This document shows positions 10,368 through 20,391 of a DNA stretch of 64,000 bases, piece after piece; positions within the stretch are counted from its first letter, which is position 1, and each line of letters starts with the position of its first letter. The notes beneath the pieces were generated by a model. That model saw nothing but the letters and a program-made list of their open reading frames with translations. It made no database searches and was not told the origin of the DNA. Location of the stretch: contig CBDEUK010000002.1 in assembly GCA_965243205.1 (NCBI GenBank), positions 1,728,001 through 1,792,000 of the forward strand. The letters are read 5' to 3'. A program made the translations under genes and the position numbers. Origin of the DNA: Gammaproteobacteria bacterium. Its GTDB lineage: Bacteria; Pseudomonadota; Gammaproteobacteria; Eutrophobiales; Eutrophobiaceae.

Positions 10368-11054
10368 ATGGGTGATTCTAAAAAAGGAAAAGCTGTAGTT
10401 TTAATGTCTGGTGGTTTAGATTCTACTACTGCGTTAGCGATCGCGATGGAACAAGGTTATGACTGTTGGCCTTTGAGTTTTGATTATGGCCAGCGCCATA
10501 AAACAGAACTAATTGCTGCATCTAACATCGTTAAACATTTTAAATTAAAACATCATAAAGTTTTAAAACTCGACCTCACTCAAATTGGTGGTTCTGCATT
10601 AACCGACAAAAACATTTCTGTGCCAGATACAATGCAGGAAGGTATTCCTATCACATACGTTCCAGCAAGAAATACAATCTTTTTATCTTATGCGCTTGGA
10701 TACGCAGAAACGATTCAATCTCAAACGATTTTTCTTGGTGTTAATGCTGTTGACTATTCTGGTTATCCTGACTGCCGCCCTGAATATATTCAAGCCTTTG
10801 AAGACATGGCTAATCTCGCGACTAAAGCCAGTGTAGAAGGACAACGATTTGATATTCAAACCCCTTTAATTAATCTAACTAAATCTGAGATCATCCAACA
10901 AGGAGATAAGCTTGGCGTTGACTATTCTTTAACCATCTCCTGTTATCAAGCCGATGAGAATGGTTTGGCTTGTGGTGTTTGCGATTCTTGTCGTTATCGT
11001 AAACAAGGCTTTGAAAACGCAGGTATTCCTGATCCAACTAATTATAAATCGTAA
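10368..11054 (+). CDS. queC: 7-cyano-7-deazaguanine synthase QueC
   Basis: SGGLDS, YGQRH, TYVPARN, GYPDCR, CGVCDSC. Confidence 0.97.
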   Translation: MGDSKKGKAVVLMSGGLDSTTALAIAMEQGYDCWPLSFDYGQRHKTELIAASNIVKHFKLKHHKVLKLDLTQIGGSALTDKNISVPDTMQEGIPITYVPARNTIFLSYALGYAETIQSQTIFLGVNAVDYSGYPDCRPEYIQAFEDMANLATKASVEGQRFDIQTPLINLTKSEIIQQGDKLGVDYSLTISCYQADENGLACGVCDSCRYRKQGFENAGIPDPTNYKS

Positions 11055-11103
11055 GCAATATCATCTTTTCCTGCTTGCATTTTAAAAACCCCTTTGCTCT
11101 AAT

Positions 11104-11118
11104 TATTGCGTCGCAACA
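11104..11118. promoter_or_regulatory. Palindromic operator TATTGCGTCGCAACA (TGC-N3-GCA, PhaR-like)
   Basis: Near-perfect dyad 15 bp upstream of the patatin start codon. Confidence 0.4.
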
Positions 11119-11133
11119 CAAATCTTAATTACG

Positions 11134-12162
11134 ATGTTTCATAGCAACCTTCCTATAAGTATCGCATTACAAGGTGGCGGCTCTCATGGAGCCTTTACTG
11201 CTGGTGTTTTACAAAAATTAGCCGAATGTGAATCATTAAATATTGAAGCCATCAGTGGTACAAGCTCTGGGGCTGTTAATGCATGTTTAGTTGGCTATGG
11301 CTATTCAAGATATGGTTATGGCAAAAATACGATAAAGCCCTTGGATAATTTCTGGGAAGATCTTGGTAAACATTTTGAGCAACTCTTCACCTCTTTTGAT
11401 TCTGTATTATCGCCGCTGCTAACAGATTCAAATTCATTAGGTTTGGATTACTTCCTTAACTTGACCAACCATATTGCGCCTTTTCAATTTAACCCTACGA
11501 ATTTAAATCCATTAAAAGAATTATTAAATAAACATATCGACTTTAATTTAATCAATAGTACAACTAAATTACGTTTATTTATCGCTGCAACAAACATACG
11601 TACTCATGGGCTTAGGTTATTTGAGAATCATGAACTTACAGCGGATCATATTCTAGCATCTGCTTGTCTACCTTCGATTCATCATTCAATTAAAATTGAT
11701 AATGATATGTATTGGGATGGCGGTTATTCTGGCAATCCAGTAATACAACCTCTGATTTTTAATTGCCACTCCAAAGACATCATCATCGTTCTGATTCAAC
11801 CACTTGAATATAACGATATACCAACGACGAAAGAACAAATAAGAGAACGTATTTCAGAATTATCGTTTGCATCGACATTTAGGCGAGAAATGCGCGCCAT
11901 TGCACTATCACAACAATTTATTGAAAACGATGTTTTTCATCTTGGCAAACTGGATAAAAAATTATCCGGGTTACGTTTTCATATTATCCATGCTAGCGAA
12001 TATATAAAAAACTTTGCACCTAAAACTCGTTACAATGCTTCACCGACTTTTTTAAATGATCTAAAAAAAGCAGGTTATGAATGTGCTACTAATTGGTTAG
12101 AAAAATATTCTAAAGATGTTGGTGTGAAAAGCAGTGTTGATATAAAAAAACTTTTTTTATAA
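11134..12162 (+). CDS. Patatin-like phospholipase/esterase
   Basis: ALQGGGSHGAF, GTSSG nucleophile, ASACLP, WDGGYSGNP. Confidence 0.92.
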   Translation: MFHSNLPISIALQGGGSHGAFTAGVLQKLAECESLNIEAISGTSSGAVNACLVGYGYSRYGYGKNTIKPLDNFWEDLGKHFEQLFTSFDSVLSPLLTDSNSLGLDYFLNLTNHIAPFQFNPTNLNPLKELLNKHIDFNLINSTTKLRLFIAATNIRTHGLRLFENHELTADHILASACLPSIHHSIKIDNDMYWDGGYSGNPVIQPLIFNCHSKDIIIVLIQPLEYNDIPTTKEQIRERISELSFASTFRREMRAIALSQQFIENDVFHLGKLDKKLSGLRFHIIHASEYIKNFAPKTRYNASPTFLNDLKKAGYECATNWLEKYSKDVGVKSSVDIKKLFL

Positions 12163-12172
12163 TCAACGAGAA

Positions 12173-14341
12173 CTAACGAGATAAACTTGCTAGCTGAGTA
12201 GATTCGGTCAGACCAATATAATTACTATATCTTGTACGAATGTTTTTAACATAAACAACGGTTTGTCCACATCGACACATTCTTTTATCAGATTCTGATT
12301 TCAGTTTGGCCATTTTTTTCATGGCAAACTCTACATTGCCAAACCACTTATTTCTATCTAACCCAAGTTTTTCGGCATAATTTCTAGCCCGTTTGATTCT
12401 GCCAAAACCTGCATTATAAGCCGCTAATGCCATCCAGTTCTTATCGCTTAACAAAATATCACCTTCCAAGCGCTCTCTTAACTGGTATAAATACTTAATG
12501 CCTGCCGCAATGTTATTTTCTGGATCTTTGGTGTTTTCTAAACCGAGTTCTTCTGCGGTTTTTGGCATGATTTGCATCAAACCTTCAGCTCCTGCATAGG
12601 ATATAGCCTCCGGGTCAAATTGACTTTCTTGATACATTTGCGCAGCAATCAATCGCCAATCAAACCCAAACCTTTCTGCATGTTCAATAATTACATTATC
12701 ATAAGGTGTAAGCTCAATAACTTTGGTTAAGAGTTTACTGTCACCATTAAAATTATTTGGATGAACAACATATTGCTCTTTCAGCGAATTAAATTCTGTT
12801 TTGCGATAGTTACTTTTAATGAACTCGTTTAACTCATCTTTTAATCGGCTATCTTCTTCACGTGTTACCCAAACCATTTTTGTTGGTTCAGAAATATTTA
12901 ATAATGCCTGCAAATTGATTTGTCTTGATAACTCTGCTTTGACTGTATGGCTTGGAATAATGGTTAAGTCATACACACCTAATGAAACCATAAACAACAA
13001 TGTTTCAGTGTTAACCGACTCATCAACTATTTTGATATTAAAATCAAAACCTGAGCTTTGTTTTAAATCGTATAATAAATTTTTATAAGGACTTTCTGGC
13101 GATAAAACGATGGTTCTATTTTTTAAATCTGAAAAATCAATAATATTCCTATTATTTTTTCTGCCAACGATTGTTGGGCTGCTGTATAAATAGGCTTCTG
13201 TTTTGGAAAACTTGCCATCTAAGTTAGACGCATCTGGAATAGAAGCAGAAACAACATCACCTTTCCCTTGTTGCAATAAATCAAATAATTCATCAAAACT
13301 ATTTGCTAATACAACGTTTAATTCTAAACCATGCTTCTCAGAAAATGATTTTAATAAATCATATTCAAGACCTTTTAATTCACCATTTTGATAATACACA
13401 TTCGTTGGACTCTGATAAGAAATTAATCTTAAACGGCCTCTTTCTTTAAGTCCTGGTAGATCTGAAAAGAACTGTTCGTCTTTATGTATGCTTACAAGTT
13501 GATGATTTAAGTAATCATCTAATTGCTGTTTTAATAGCTGATTCTGTTTACTAACAGACCATACTTTCAATGAAGTCTCAGGCAAATCGATTAATATATT
13601 TAATCCTTCAAGATCCGAAATGGCATTTTTTACATACTCACTATCAAAAACCGCAACATCGTAATAACCACTTCTTACTTTTTTCAGTACTTCTTTTTCT
13701 GTAACCCTTTCTTCTATCACTCTTAAATTGATAGATTTCTCTTCCGATACTAATTTATTTAAATAGGCCCATGCAGGCGAGGATTTTTTAACGGCAATCT
13801 CACGGTTTTTTAAACCTGAAACTGTCTCAATTTTATTTTGATCACCACGAGTAATAATTTGTTGTTTTATGATATCCCAAGGTTCTGTAAATGAAACGAC
13901 ACCATCTAAGCCACCTGCAATATCATAACCTTGAGCGACAATGACATCACCTTGTCCACGATATACAGCTGGTAATAATTCCCAACGGTTTTCAATTTCA
14001 ATCCAAACAGGCTTATAACCTTCGCTCTTTGCAAATTTTTCGATCAGTTGTTTTTCTTGATCGCCGATTCCAAAACCTTCGCTGTATTTGCGATAAAAAA
14101 GAATTCTTAATGTATTGCTGCCTGTTGAAGCAGAATTCTCTGTCTCAAAATTGGTTTTAGCTAATGCTTCAGAGCCACTATCTACAATGATTTCTGAATC
14201 GGTTTGTTTTGATATCTCAGGATTACTGCTATTTTGATTTTTGTCTTTGAAATCATAGGCATAGGCAAGCACTACCAACGCAATTATCGCTGGCAGCACG
14301 TATACAGCTAAATTTTTATTCAGCAATGCCTTCATCAACAT
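12173..14341 (-). CDS. mltF: MltF-type lytic transglycosylase with two tandem substrate-binding domains
   Basis: N-terminal TM, two PBP2-like repeats (each with G.GDV), C-terminal SLT domain with DWRLIAAQMYQESQF, GLMQIMP, AAYNAG. Confidence 0.85.
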   Translation of the reverse strand: MLMKALLNKNLAVYVLPAIIALVVLAYAYDFKDKNQNSSNPEISKQTDSEIIVDSGSEALAKTNFETENSASTGSNTLRILFYRKYSEGFGIGDQEKQLIEKFAKSEGYKPVWIEIENRWELLPAVYRGQGDVIVAQGYDIAGGLDGVVSFTEPWDIIKQQIITRGDQNKIETVSGLKNREIAVKKSSPAWAYLNKLVSEEKSINLRVIEERVTEKEVLKKVRSGYYDVAVFDSEYVKNAISDLEGLNILIDLPETSLKVWSVSKQNQLLKQQLDDYLNHQLVSIHKDEQFFSDLPGLKERGRLRLISYQSPTNVYYQNGELKGLEYDLLKSFSEKHGLELNVVLANSFDELFDLLQQGKGDVVSASIPDASNLDGKFSKTEAYLYSSPTIVGRKNNRNIIDFSDLKNRTIVLSPESPYKNLLYDLKQSSGFDFNIKIVDESVNTETLLFMVSLGVYDLTIIPSHTVKAELSRQINLQALLNISEPTKMVWVTREEDSRLKDELNEFIKSNYRKTEFNSLKEQYVVHPNNFNGDSKLLTKVIELTPYDNVIIEHAERFGFDWRLIAAQMYQESQFDPEAISYAGAEGLMQIMPKTAEELGLENTKDPENNIAAGIKYLYQLRERLEGDILLSDKNWMALAAYNAGFGRIKRARNYAEKLGLDRNKWFGNVEFAMKKMAKLKSESDKRMCRCGQTVVYVKNIRTRYSNYIGLTESTQLASLSR

Positions 14342-14599
14342 AAAACCTTTAATTCGTACAATATCTATATATTGTATTATTTGAAATTAATTCCACAATA
14401 TATAGTTATAAAACTATACAGTGGATATTCGTTACGAGGAAATTTATACGGTTGGCGGAGCCTGACAGTCAGCTCAAGGCTCGTTTTATAATTTACAAAT
14501 GAGTATGTAGTTTCCTTCTCAAAACCGTGATTACTCCAATCACATGCATAGCTTAACAAATTTGATGCCAATAGTGATTAATAAGTTCTGTATGACAAC

Positions 14600-15271
14600 T
14601 TATTTCGCGGATCTATCCCAAGATTCTTGAATATTTTTTAAGCGTTCAGGTGTACCAATATCTGACCATACACCCTCAAAAAGCTCACCTGAAACATGGT
14701 GATCTTTGCTGTGTCGCTTAATAATATCAACGAGAGGAAAAGGTTTTATTTCGAGGTTTTTAAATACTTCTTTACGATAAAGGCCAATACCTGAAAATGT
14801 ATATTTAGGTTCTAATAAATTGATTTTATTAGATTTATCAAGAGCAAAATCGCCTTTTAAATTATGCTCAGGATTCTTAACTAGTACTAAATGCATAAGA
14901 TCAAACTCACGCCCAATAAGCGTTCTATAGTCGAAGCTCGTCCATACATCAGCATTAACAACAATGAAGGGATCCGATTTTATCAATGGCAACGCTTTAG
15001 CAATTCCACCGCCAGTTTCAAGCACCTCACTCCCTTCATCTGAAAAGTAAAAATTATGATCTTGCTCACAGTTTTGTGTTAAATGATCGATAATTTTCTC
15101 GCCAAAACGTCCACAATTGACGACAAAATCTCTAATACCTGCATCCGCTAGCCTATCAATTTGATGCTCTATAAGCGTCTTTGTTCCAACTTTTAATAGA
15201 GGCTTCGGTAAGTTCTCGGTCAACGGCATCATTCGCTTTCCATGGCCAGCAGCTAAAATCATCGCATACAT
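14600..15271 (-). CDS. murU: MurNAc-alpha-1-phosphate uridylyltransferase MurU
   Basis: AMILAAG.G.RM.PLT...PKPLL, LETGGGI, NPEHNL.GDF, WSDIGTPERL; paired with amgK. Confidence 0.9.
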   Translation of the reverse strand: MYAMILAAGHGKRMMPLTENLPKPLLKVGTKTLIEHQIDRLADAGIRDFVVNCGRFGEKIIDHLTQNCEQDHNFYFSDEGSEVLETGGGIAKALPLIKSDPFIVVNADVWTSFDYRTLIGREFDLMHLVLVKNPEHNLKGDFALDKSNKINLLEPKYTFSGIGLYRKEVFKNLEIKPFPLVDIIKRHSKDHHVSGELFEGVWSDIGTPERLKNIQESWDRSAK

Positions 15272-15275
15272 CAGC

Positions 15276-16250
15276 TTAATTTCTCGTTATATTTGGCATT
15301 ATTTTAGAGTCTATCAATTCAACTAATGGCTTTAAGGACTCCAAATGCACCAAATCCGTGATGTAGCTTAATGTTCTGGGAATATCCTTTATATAATTAG
15401 CTTTGCCATCCCGGTACTTTAATCTCGCAAATATACCACTAGCTTTTAGATGTCTTTGCACGCCCATGAGATGGAATTCCTTCATAAACTCATCAAAACG
15501 CTGCCCTTTTGTGAACGTACTTTTTTCAAAATAATACTCACACCACGCTTCGATTTTCTCTAGAGGCCATTTTATATAGCAATCTTTTAGAAGAGACACT
15601 AGGTCATAACTAATAGGACCTATGACAGCATCCTGATAATCGATTATTCCTGGATTACTCATTTTCAAATACATCAAGTTCCTGCTGTGATAGTCCCGAT
15701 GAACAAAGACTTGTTTTTGCCCTAATGCATTTATAACCAATAATTCTTTCAGGCTGCTTAGTTTACCTTGCTCCATAGATGTCAATTTTATCCCCAGCAT
15801 TTCATTGATTAACCAATCTTCGAACAACGCCATTTCTCTTAATAGCAATGGCCGATCATATTCAGGCAAATTAGCCTTTGTGGATTTTTCTTGCATTTCA
15901 ATCAATGCATCTATCGCTTCTCGATACAACAAGTCAGCGTTTTCAGCATTTAAAATATCAAGATAATTTGTGTCTCCAAAATCTTTTATTATCAAGACAC
16001 CATCTTGTTTATTTTCGTAAAATATTTGTGGCACATGAACATCAATAGAAACTAAATGCTTGGTAACTTCGATAAATTGCTCTGGCGGCTCTTTGTCAGT
16101 AGGAGAGTCCATAACGATGTATGAATCGTTTCCAATAATTACTCGATAATATTTACGGAAACTCGCATCACCAGAAACGGGTACTAACTCTATTTGCTTC
16201 TGCTTTAATTCACTTTTAACGTATTGTTCAATAAGTTCGATTCTAGTCAC
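15276..16250 (-). CDS. amgK: Anomeric MurNAc/GlcNAc kinase AmgK (APH-fold phosphotransferase)
   Basis: GDASFRKYYR, HRDYHSRNLM, IDYQDA, QRHLKASGIFARL; GTG start. Confidence 0.9.
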   Translation of the reverse strand: MTRIELIEQYVKSELKQKQIELVPVSGDASFRKYYRVIIGNDSYIVMDSPTDKEPPEQFIEVTKHLVSIDVHVPQIFYENKQDGVLIIKDFGDTNYLDILNAENADLLYREAIDALIEMQEKSTKANLPEYDRPLLLREMALFEDWLINEMLGIKLTSMEQGKLSSLKELLVINALGQKQVFVHRDYHSRNLMYLKMSNPGIIDYQDAVIGPISYDLVSLLKDCYIKWPLEKIEAWCEYYFEKSTFTKGQRFDEFMKEFHLMGVQRHLKASGIFARLKYRDGKANYIKDIPRTLSYITDLVHLESLKPLVELIDSKIMPNITRN

Positions 16251-16361
16251 TTGTTTATCTTTCTATTGTTATATTTATTCGAGATTGATGATTATTTTTT
16301 ATGCTGACATTGTATAATCTTTCATAAATTACAGATTACTTTTAAGAGTTCAAACAATTTA

Positions 16362-17345
16362 ATGGATACCATTTCTGATTCAAAACTTATCGAGTTAGGC
16401 AAAGCTGTTATCAATACTGAAGCAAATGCTATTTTGGAACTTACTCCAAAAATTGATGCTTCATTTATCAAAGCCTGTCGTTGTATTTTATCATGTGAAG
16501 GAAGGGTTATCTGCATTGGCATGGGCAAATCAGGTCATATCGCAAATAAAATCGCAGCAACTCTCGCGAGCACAGGAACACCAGCTTTTTTTGTGCATCC
16601 AGGTGAAGCAAGTCATGGTGATTTAGGTATGATTACATCAAAAGATGTTGTGATCGCTTTATCTAACTCTGGCGAAACAGAAGAAGTGGTTTCTTTGTTA
16701 CCGGTCATAAAACGGCTTGGTACCCTTCTAATTTCATTTACTGGTAATCCTGATTCTTCACTATCACAAGCAGCAGACGCTAATTTGGATGTAACCGTAA
16801 CAAAAGAAGCCTGTCCTATGGGGCTTGCTCCAACTTCTAGCACCACAGCAGCCCTTGTTATGGGCGATGCATTAGCAATCGCTTTATTAACAGCGAAAGG
16901 CTTTACTGAAGAAGATTTCGCTCTTTCTCATCCAGGCGGATCTTTAGGAAGAAGACTATTACTCCATGTCAAAGATATTATGCATACTGATGACGAAATA
17001 CCTATAGCCACACCAGAAACAAGCTTTAATGATTTATTGTTAGAAATGACAAAAAAAGCTCTTGGTACCGTTATCATTGCTGATTCCTCTTTGAAAACAA
17101 TACAAGGTATTTTTACGGACGGTGATTTACGAAGAGTGCTGGATAACAATTTAAATTTTTCTGAGCTTACCGCTTCAGATGTGATGATAAAAAATTGCAA
17201 ACATATTAATGAAGGCTTGCTAGCTGCTGAAGCTTTACAAATGATGGAAAATTTTAAAATCAATGCACTTCCCGTAACAAATCATTCAGATGAACTAGTT
17301 GGTATTATAAATATGCATGATCTTTTAAGGGCTAAGGTAGTTTAA
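16362..17345 (+). CDS. kdsD: Arabinose-5-phosphate isomerase KdsD (SIS plus CBS domains)
   Basis: GMGKSGHI, HPGEASHGDLG, APTSST, HPGGSLG, CBS pair. Confidence 0.96.
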   Translation: MDTISDSKLIELGKAVINTEANAILELTPKIDASFIKACRCILSCEGRVICIGMGKSGHIANKIAATLASTGTPAFFVHPGEASHGDLGMITSKDVVIALSNSGETEEVVSLLPVIKRLGTLLISFTGNPDSSLSQAADANLDVTVTKEACPMGLAPTSSTTAALVMGDALAIALLTAKGFTEEDFALSHPGGSLGRRLLLHVKDIMHTDDEIPIATPETSFNDLLLEMTKKALGTVIIADSSLKTIQGIFTDGDLRRVLDNNLNFSELTASDVMIKNCKHINEGLLAAEALQMMENFKINALPVTNHSDELVGIINMHDLLRAKVV

Positions 17346-17875
17346 TGAATTCAGAATTAAACAATAAATTTAAACAAATAAAATTAATTATTTTCGATGT
17401 AGATGGTGTTTTAACCGATGGTAAAATTGTTTTAGGCGAAGATGGCAACGAATATAAATCGTTTCATGTTCATGACGGCCTTGGCATGGTAATGTTATTA
17501 CAATCTGAAATAGACATCGCCATTATTACAGCTCGCTCTTCTCAAATTGTTGCTTCACGCATGAAATCTCTAGGGGTCAAACATCTTTATCAAGGACAAC
17601 ACGATAAAGAATTAGCTTATAAAGATCTTAAACAAAAATCTAAATTAGATGATAAAGAAATTGCTTATTTAGGTGATGATATTATTGATCTACCAGCCAT
17701 GAAGCATTGTGGGCTTAAACTTGCCGTTCAAAATGCACATCCTTCTTTAAAGCAAATTAGTGATTATGTTACTGAAAAAGAAGGTGGCAATGGTGCCGCA
17801 AGAGAAGTCTGTGAGTTGTTACTCCAAGCTCAAAATAAACTTGATAATATTATTAAGGAAAAACTTTCCCAATAA
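17345..17875 (+). CDS. kdsC: KDO-8-phosphate phosphatase KdsC
   Basis: FDVDGVLTDG, GDDIID, GGNGAARE. Confidence 0.95.
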   Translation: MNSELNNKFKQIKLIIFDVDGVLTDGKIVLGEDGNEYKSFHVHDGLGMVMLLQSEIDIAIITARSSQIVASRMKSLGVKHLYQGQHDKELAYKDLKQKSKLDDKEIAYLGDDIIDLPAMKHCGLKLAVQNAHPSLKQISDYVTEKEGGNGAAREVCELLLQAQNKLDNIIKEKLSQ

Positions 17876-17878
17876 ATT

Positions 17879-18799
17879 CTAACTAAAATACCTCAAGATA
17901 TTTGGCACATAATGATCAATTAATAAAAACGCAAACAAACCCATTAAATAAATAATCGAATATTTAAAAGTTTGCATTGCTAATAAATCATCATGATCAA
18001 ATAACATGCGTGTTGTGTAATATAAAAAGACTAAACCTAATGCAACCGCTCCAATCAAGTACAAAGGTCCGCTCATATAAATTAAATACGGCAACAAACT
18101 AACGATAAATAAGACTATAGTGTAGAAAAATATATGTTGTCTGGTTAATTCCACACCATGAGTTACAGGAAGCATAGGAATATCAACACTGGCGTAGTCA
18201 TTTCTTCTATAGATTGCTAGCGACCAGAAATGTGGCGGAGTCCAAACAAAGATTATTAGAAATAAAACTAATGACTGTGGATCCAAAGTCCCAGTAACAG
18301 CAGTCCAACCTAGTACTGGTGGAGCAGCACCAGCAGCGCCACCAATAACAATATTCTGAGGAGTGGCACGTTTTAAATACATAGAATACACAAAGCCGTA
18401 CCCAATTAGTGAAAGCAAGGTTAAAACGGCTGTTAGTACATTTACATAATAAGTCAAAATAACCATAGATACCGCGCCAAGAAAAAACGCAAACATAATG
18501 GCTGATTGCTGACTCAAATTACCTTTGGGCAACGGGCGTTTCTTGGTCCGTGCCATAATAGAGTCAATATGTTGATCGACTAACTGATTGACTGCTGCAG
18601 CGGATGCTGCTGCAAAACCAATACCTATGGTACCAAATATTAATGGTTGCCATGGAACCATGCCATCGACAGCCATAAACATACCAACAACAGCTGTAAA
18701 CACGATTAATGCAACAATATTAGGCTTTGTAAGCGCAAGAAAGTCTCGCCAAGTAGCAGCTTGTTGTGGGTTGCTTTCAATATTTGTTTCGACGCTCAT
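17879..18799 (-). CDS. cyoE: Heme O synthase (protoheme IX farnesyltransferase)
   Basis: D..MARTKKRPL, LKRATPQNIVIGG, WTPPHFW. Confidence 0.96.
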   Translation of the reverse strand: MSVETNIESNPQQAATWRDFLALTKPNIVALIVFTAVVGMFMAVDGMVPWQPLIFGTIGIGFAAASAAAVNQLVDQHIDSIMARTKKRPLPKGNLSQQSAIMFAFFLGAVSMVILTYYVNVLTAVLTLLSLIGYGFVYSMYLKRATPQNIVIGGAAGAAPPVLGWTAVTGTLDPQSLVLFLIIFVWTPPHFWSLAIYRRNDYASVDIPMLPVTHGVELTRQHIFFYTIVLFIVSLLPYLIYMSGPLYLIGAVALGLVFLYYTTRMLFDHDDLLAMQTFKYSIIYLMGLFAFLLIDHYVPNILRYFS

Positions 18800-18808
18800 C
18801 TTTGTTGC

Positions 18809-19795
18809 CTATCTCGATCTATTAGGGAGTGAATAATACAGAAATGAACCCACACTGATCAATAACAAAGCAGCTACTCCATTATGTGCAACCGCAATAC
18901 CAATCGGCAACACTAAAATGATGTTTAATACGCCCAAAACCAATTGAATTAACAGCAAGAACAAACTAGTGCATGCAAAAAGCTTCTGCATACCAGCTGT
19001 ATTTAAAAAAGCGAACAGGGATATCGTGCCGACAACCAATAAAGTAATTATTGCGCATATTCTGTGAGTAAAATGAATCGCTGTTCTTGCATCGACATCT
19101 AGCAAACCAAATTCATAATTTTTACCAAGACCGGTCCAGAATGTAAAACCATTTGAAAAATCCATCGTGGGCCACCATGAATTTTGACAGGTTGGAAAAT
19201 CTGAACATACCAATGCAGCATAGTTAGCGCTGGTCCAACCTCCTAGAAATATTTGTAAATACACTATGCACAATGCAACCAATGAAAATACAAACCATTT
19301 AGAGTTCGATCTGGTATTTTGATAATTAGAAATATTGTGCAGCAAGAATGTTAACAATAAAAATACTGTCATTCCGCCTAATAGGTGCGACATAACAACG
19401 ACAGGCTTTAATAGTAAGGTAACAGTCCACATTCCTAATAATGCTTGGAATATTATCAATGCTAATAAAACATAAGATATTGAGGCAGCACCTGGATTAC
19501 TTTTACGGTTTTTAAAATTCCTATAGGTAATCGTTGCTACTAAGAGCAAAAGAAACCCAGCCGCATATCGATGTACCATTTCTTTCCATGCTTTACCGGC
19601 TTCCACAGGCCTTTCTGGATATAACTGATTTGCTTCATCAACATGTTGTTCTTCACTGGGCACCAAAATTTTTCCGTAACATCCTGGCCAATCAGGACAA
19701 CCTAAGCCAGCATCCGATAATCGTACATAGGCTCCTAACGTAATGACTATAAACGCTAATAAGCAACTAATGATAATTAAACTTTTTGTACTCAT
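18809..19795 (-). CDS. ctaA: Heme A synthase (COX15/CtaA)
   Basis: GLGCPDWPGC, EMVHR, HLLGG, HFTHR, AHN. Confidence 0.94.
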   Translation of the reverse strand: MSTKSLIIISCLLAFIVITLGAYVRLSDAGLGCPDWPGCYGKILVPSEEQHVDEANQLYPERPVEAGKAWKEMVHRYAAGFLLLLVATITYRNFKNRKSNPGAASISYVLLALIIFQALLGMWTVTLLLKPVVVMSHLLGGMTVFLLLTFLLHNISNYQNTRSNSKWFVFSLVALCIVYLQIFLGGWTSANYAALVCSDFPTCQNSWWPTMDFSNGFTFWTGLGKNYEFGLLDVDARTAIHFTHRICAIITLLVVGTISLFAFLNTAGMQKLFACTSLFLLLIQLVLGVLNIILVLPIGIAVAHNGVAALLLISVGSFLYYSLPNRSR

Positions 19796-19800
19796 TGATA

Positions 19801-20391
19801 TTAACCAATTCTTGAAATCTTTATTAAGTGAGTAAGGTCTTCAATCATGCCAATTGGGTCGGCGGATGCTTCATACGTCATCATAATATTTCCTAATGGA
19901 TCAATGATAAAAAATTGCCCATTTCCTCTTTCGTTAGTATTTTTTTGGACGATAAAGTTTTCCATCAAACCTTCTTGTAATTGATCTCTGAAGATTAATA
20001 ACTGACCTTCATAATCTTTCACTAATATATTGTTGAATAATTCTGGTGTATTGCTATCGACGATTAAAATTCTTTGTAGTCGATGAGCATACTTATTAGT
20101 CGCCAATCGTACTTGTCGCATTTTGTATACGCTATCTACACAAACTTTTTCACAGATACCTTCTTGAACAAACACAATACTCCATTTTCCATATAAGCTT
20201 TTTTCATTTGAATTAAACTCATCATGAAGTGTTATATCGGGTAAATTTCTCGGCGGTTGTATTAAAGTACCGTGATTCTTTTTACCACCGGCAACATCAC
20301 CAAAACTATAGATTAACCAAGATAAAATAGGTGGTGCTAAAAACACGACCATTAATGCAATAATTGTTATTTTATTATTTGATTTAGACAT
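19801..20391 (-). CDS. Membrane-anchored SCO/thioredoxin-like cytochrome oxidase accessory protein
   Basis: N-terminal TM, CxxxC (CEKVC), IIDPLGN..M.Y; lies between SURF1 and ctaA. Confidence 0.75.
   Translation of the reverse strand: MSKSNNKITIIALMVVFLAPPILSWLIYSFGDVAGGKKNHGTLIQPPRNLPDITLHDEFNSNEKSLYGKWSIVFVQEGICEKVCVDSVYKMRQVRLATNKYAHRLQRILIVDSNTPELFNNILVKDYEGQLLIFRDQLQEGLMENFIVQKNTNERGNGQFFIIDPLGNIMMTYEASADPIGMIEDLTHLIKISRIG

Noticed and set aside
11055-11133. tRNA-Lys often found after queC
   Set aside because: No cloverleaf or T-loop (GTTCGA) in the spacer.
14377-14571. 64-aa minus-strand ORF in the murU-mltF spacer
   Set aside because: TTG start with no RBS and no recognisable features; the spacer is better explained as regulatory.
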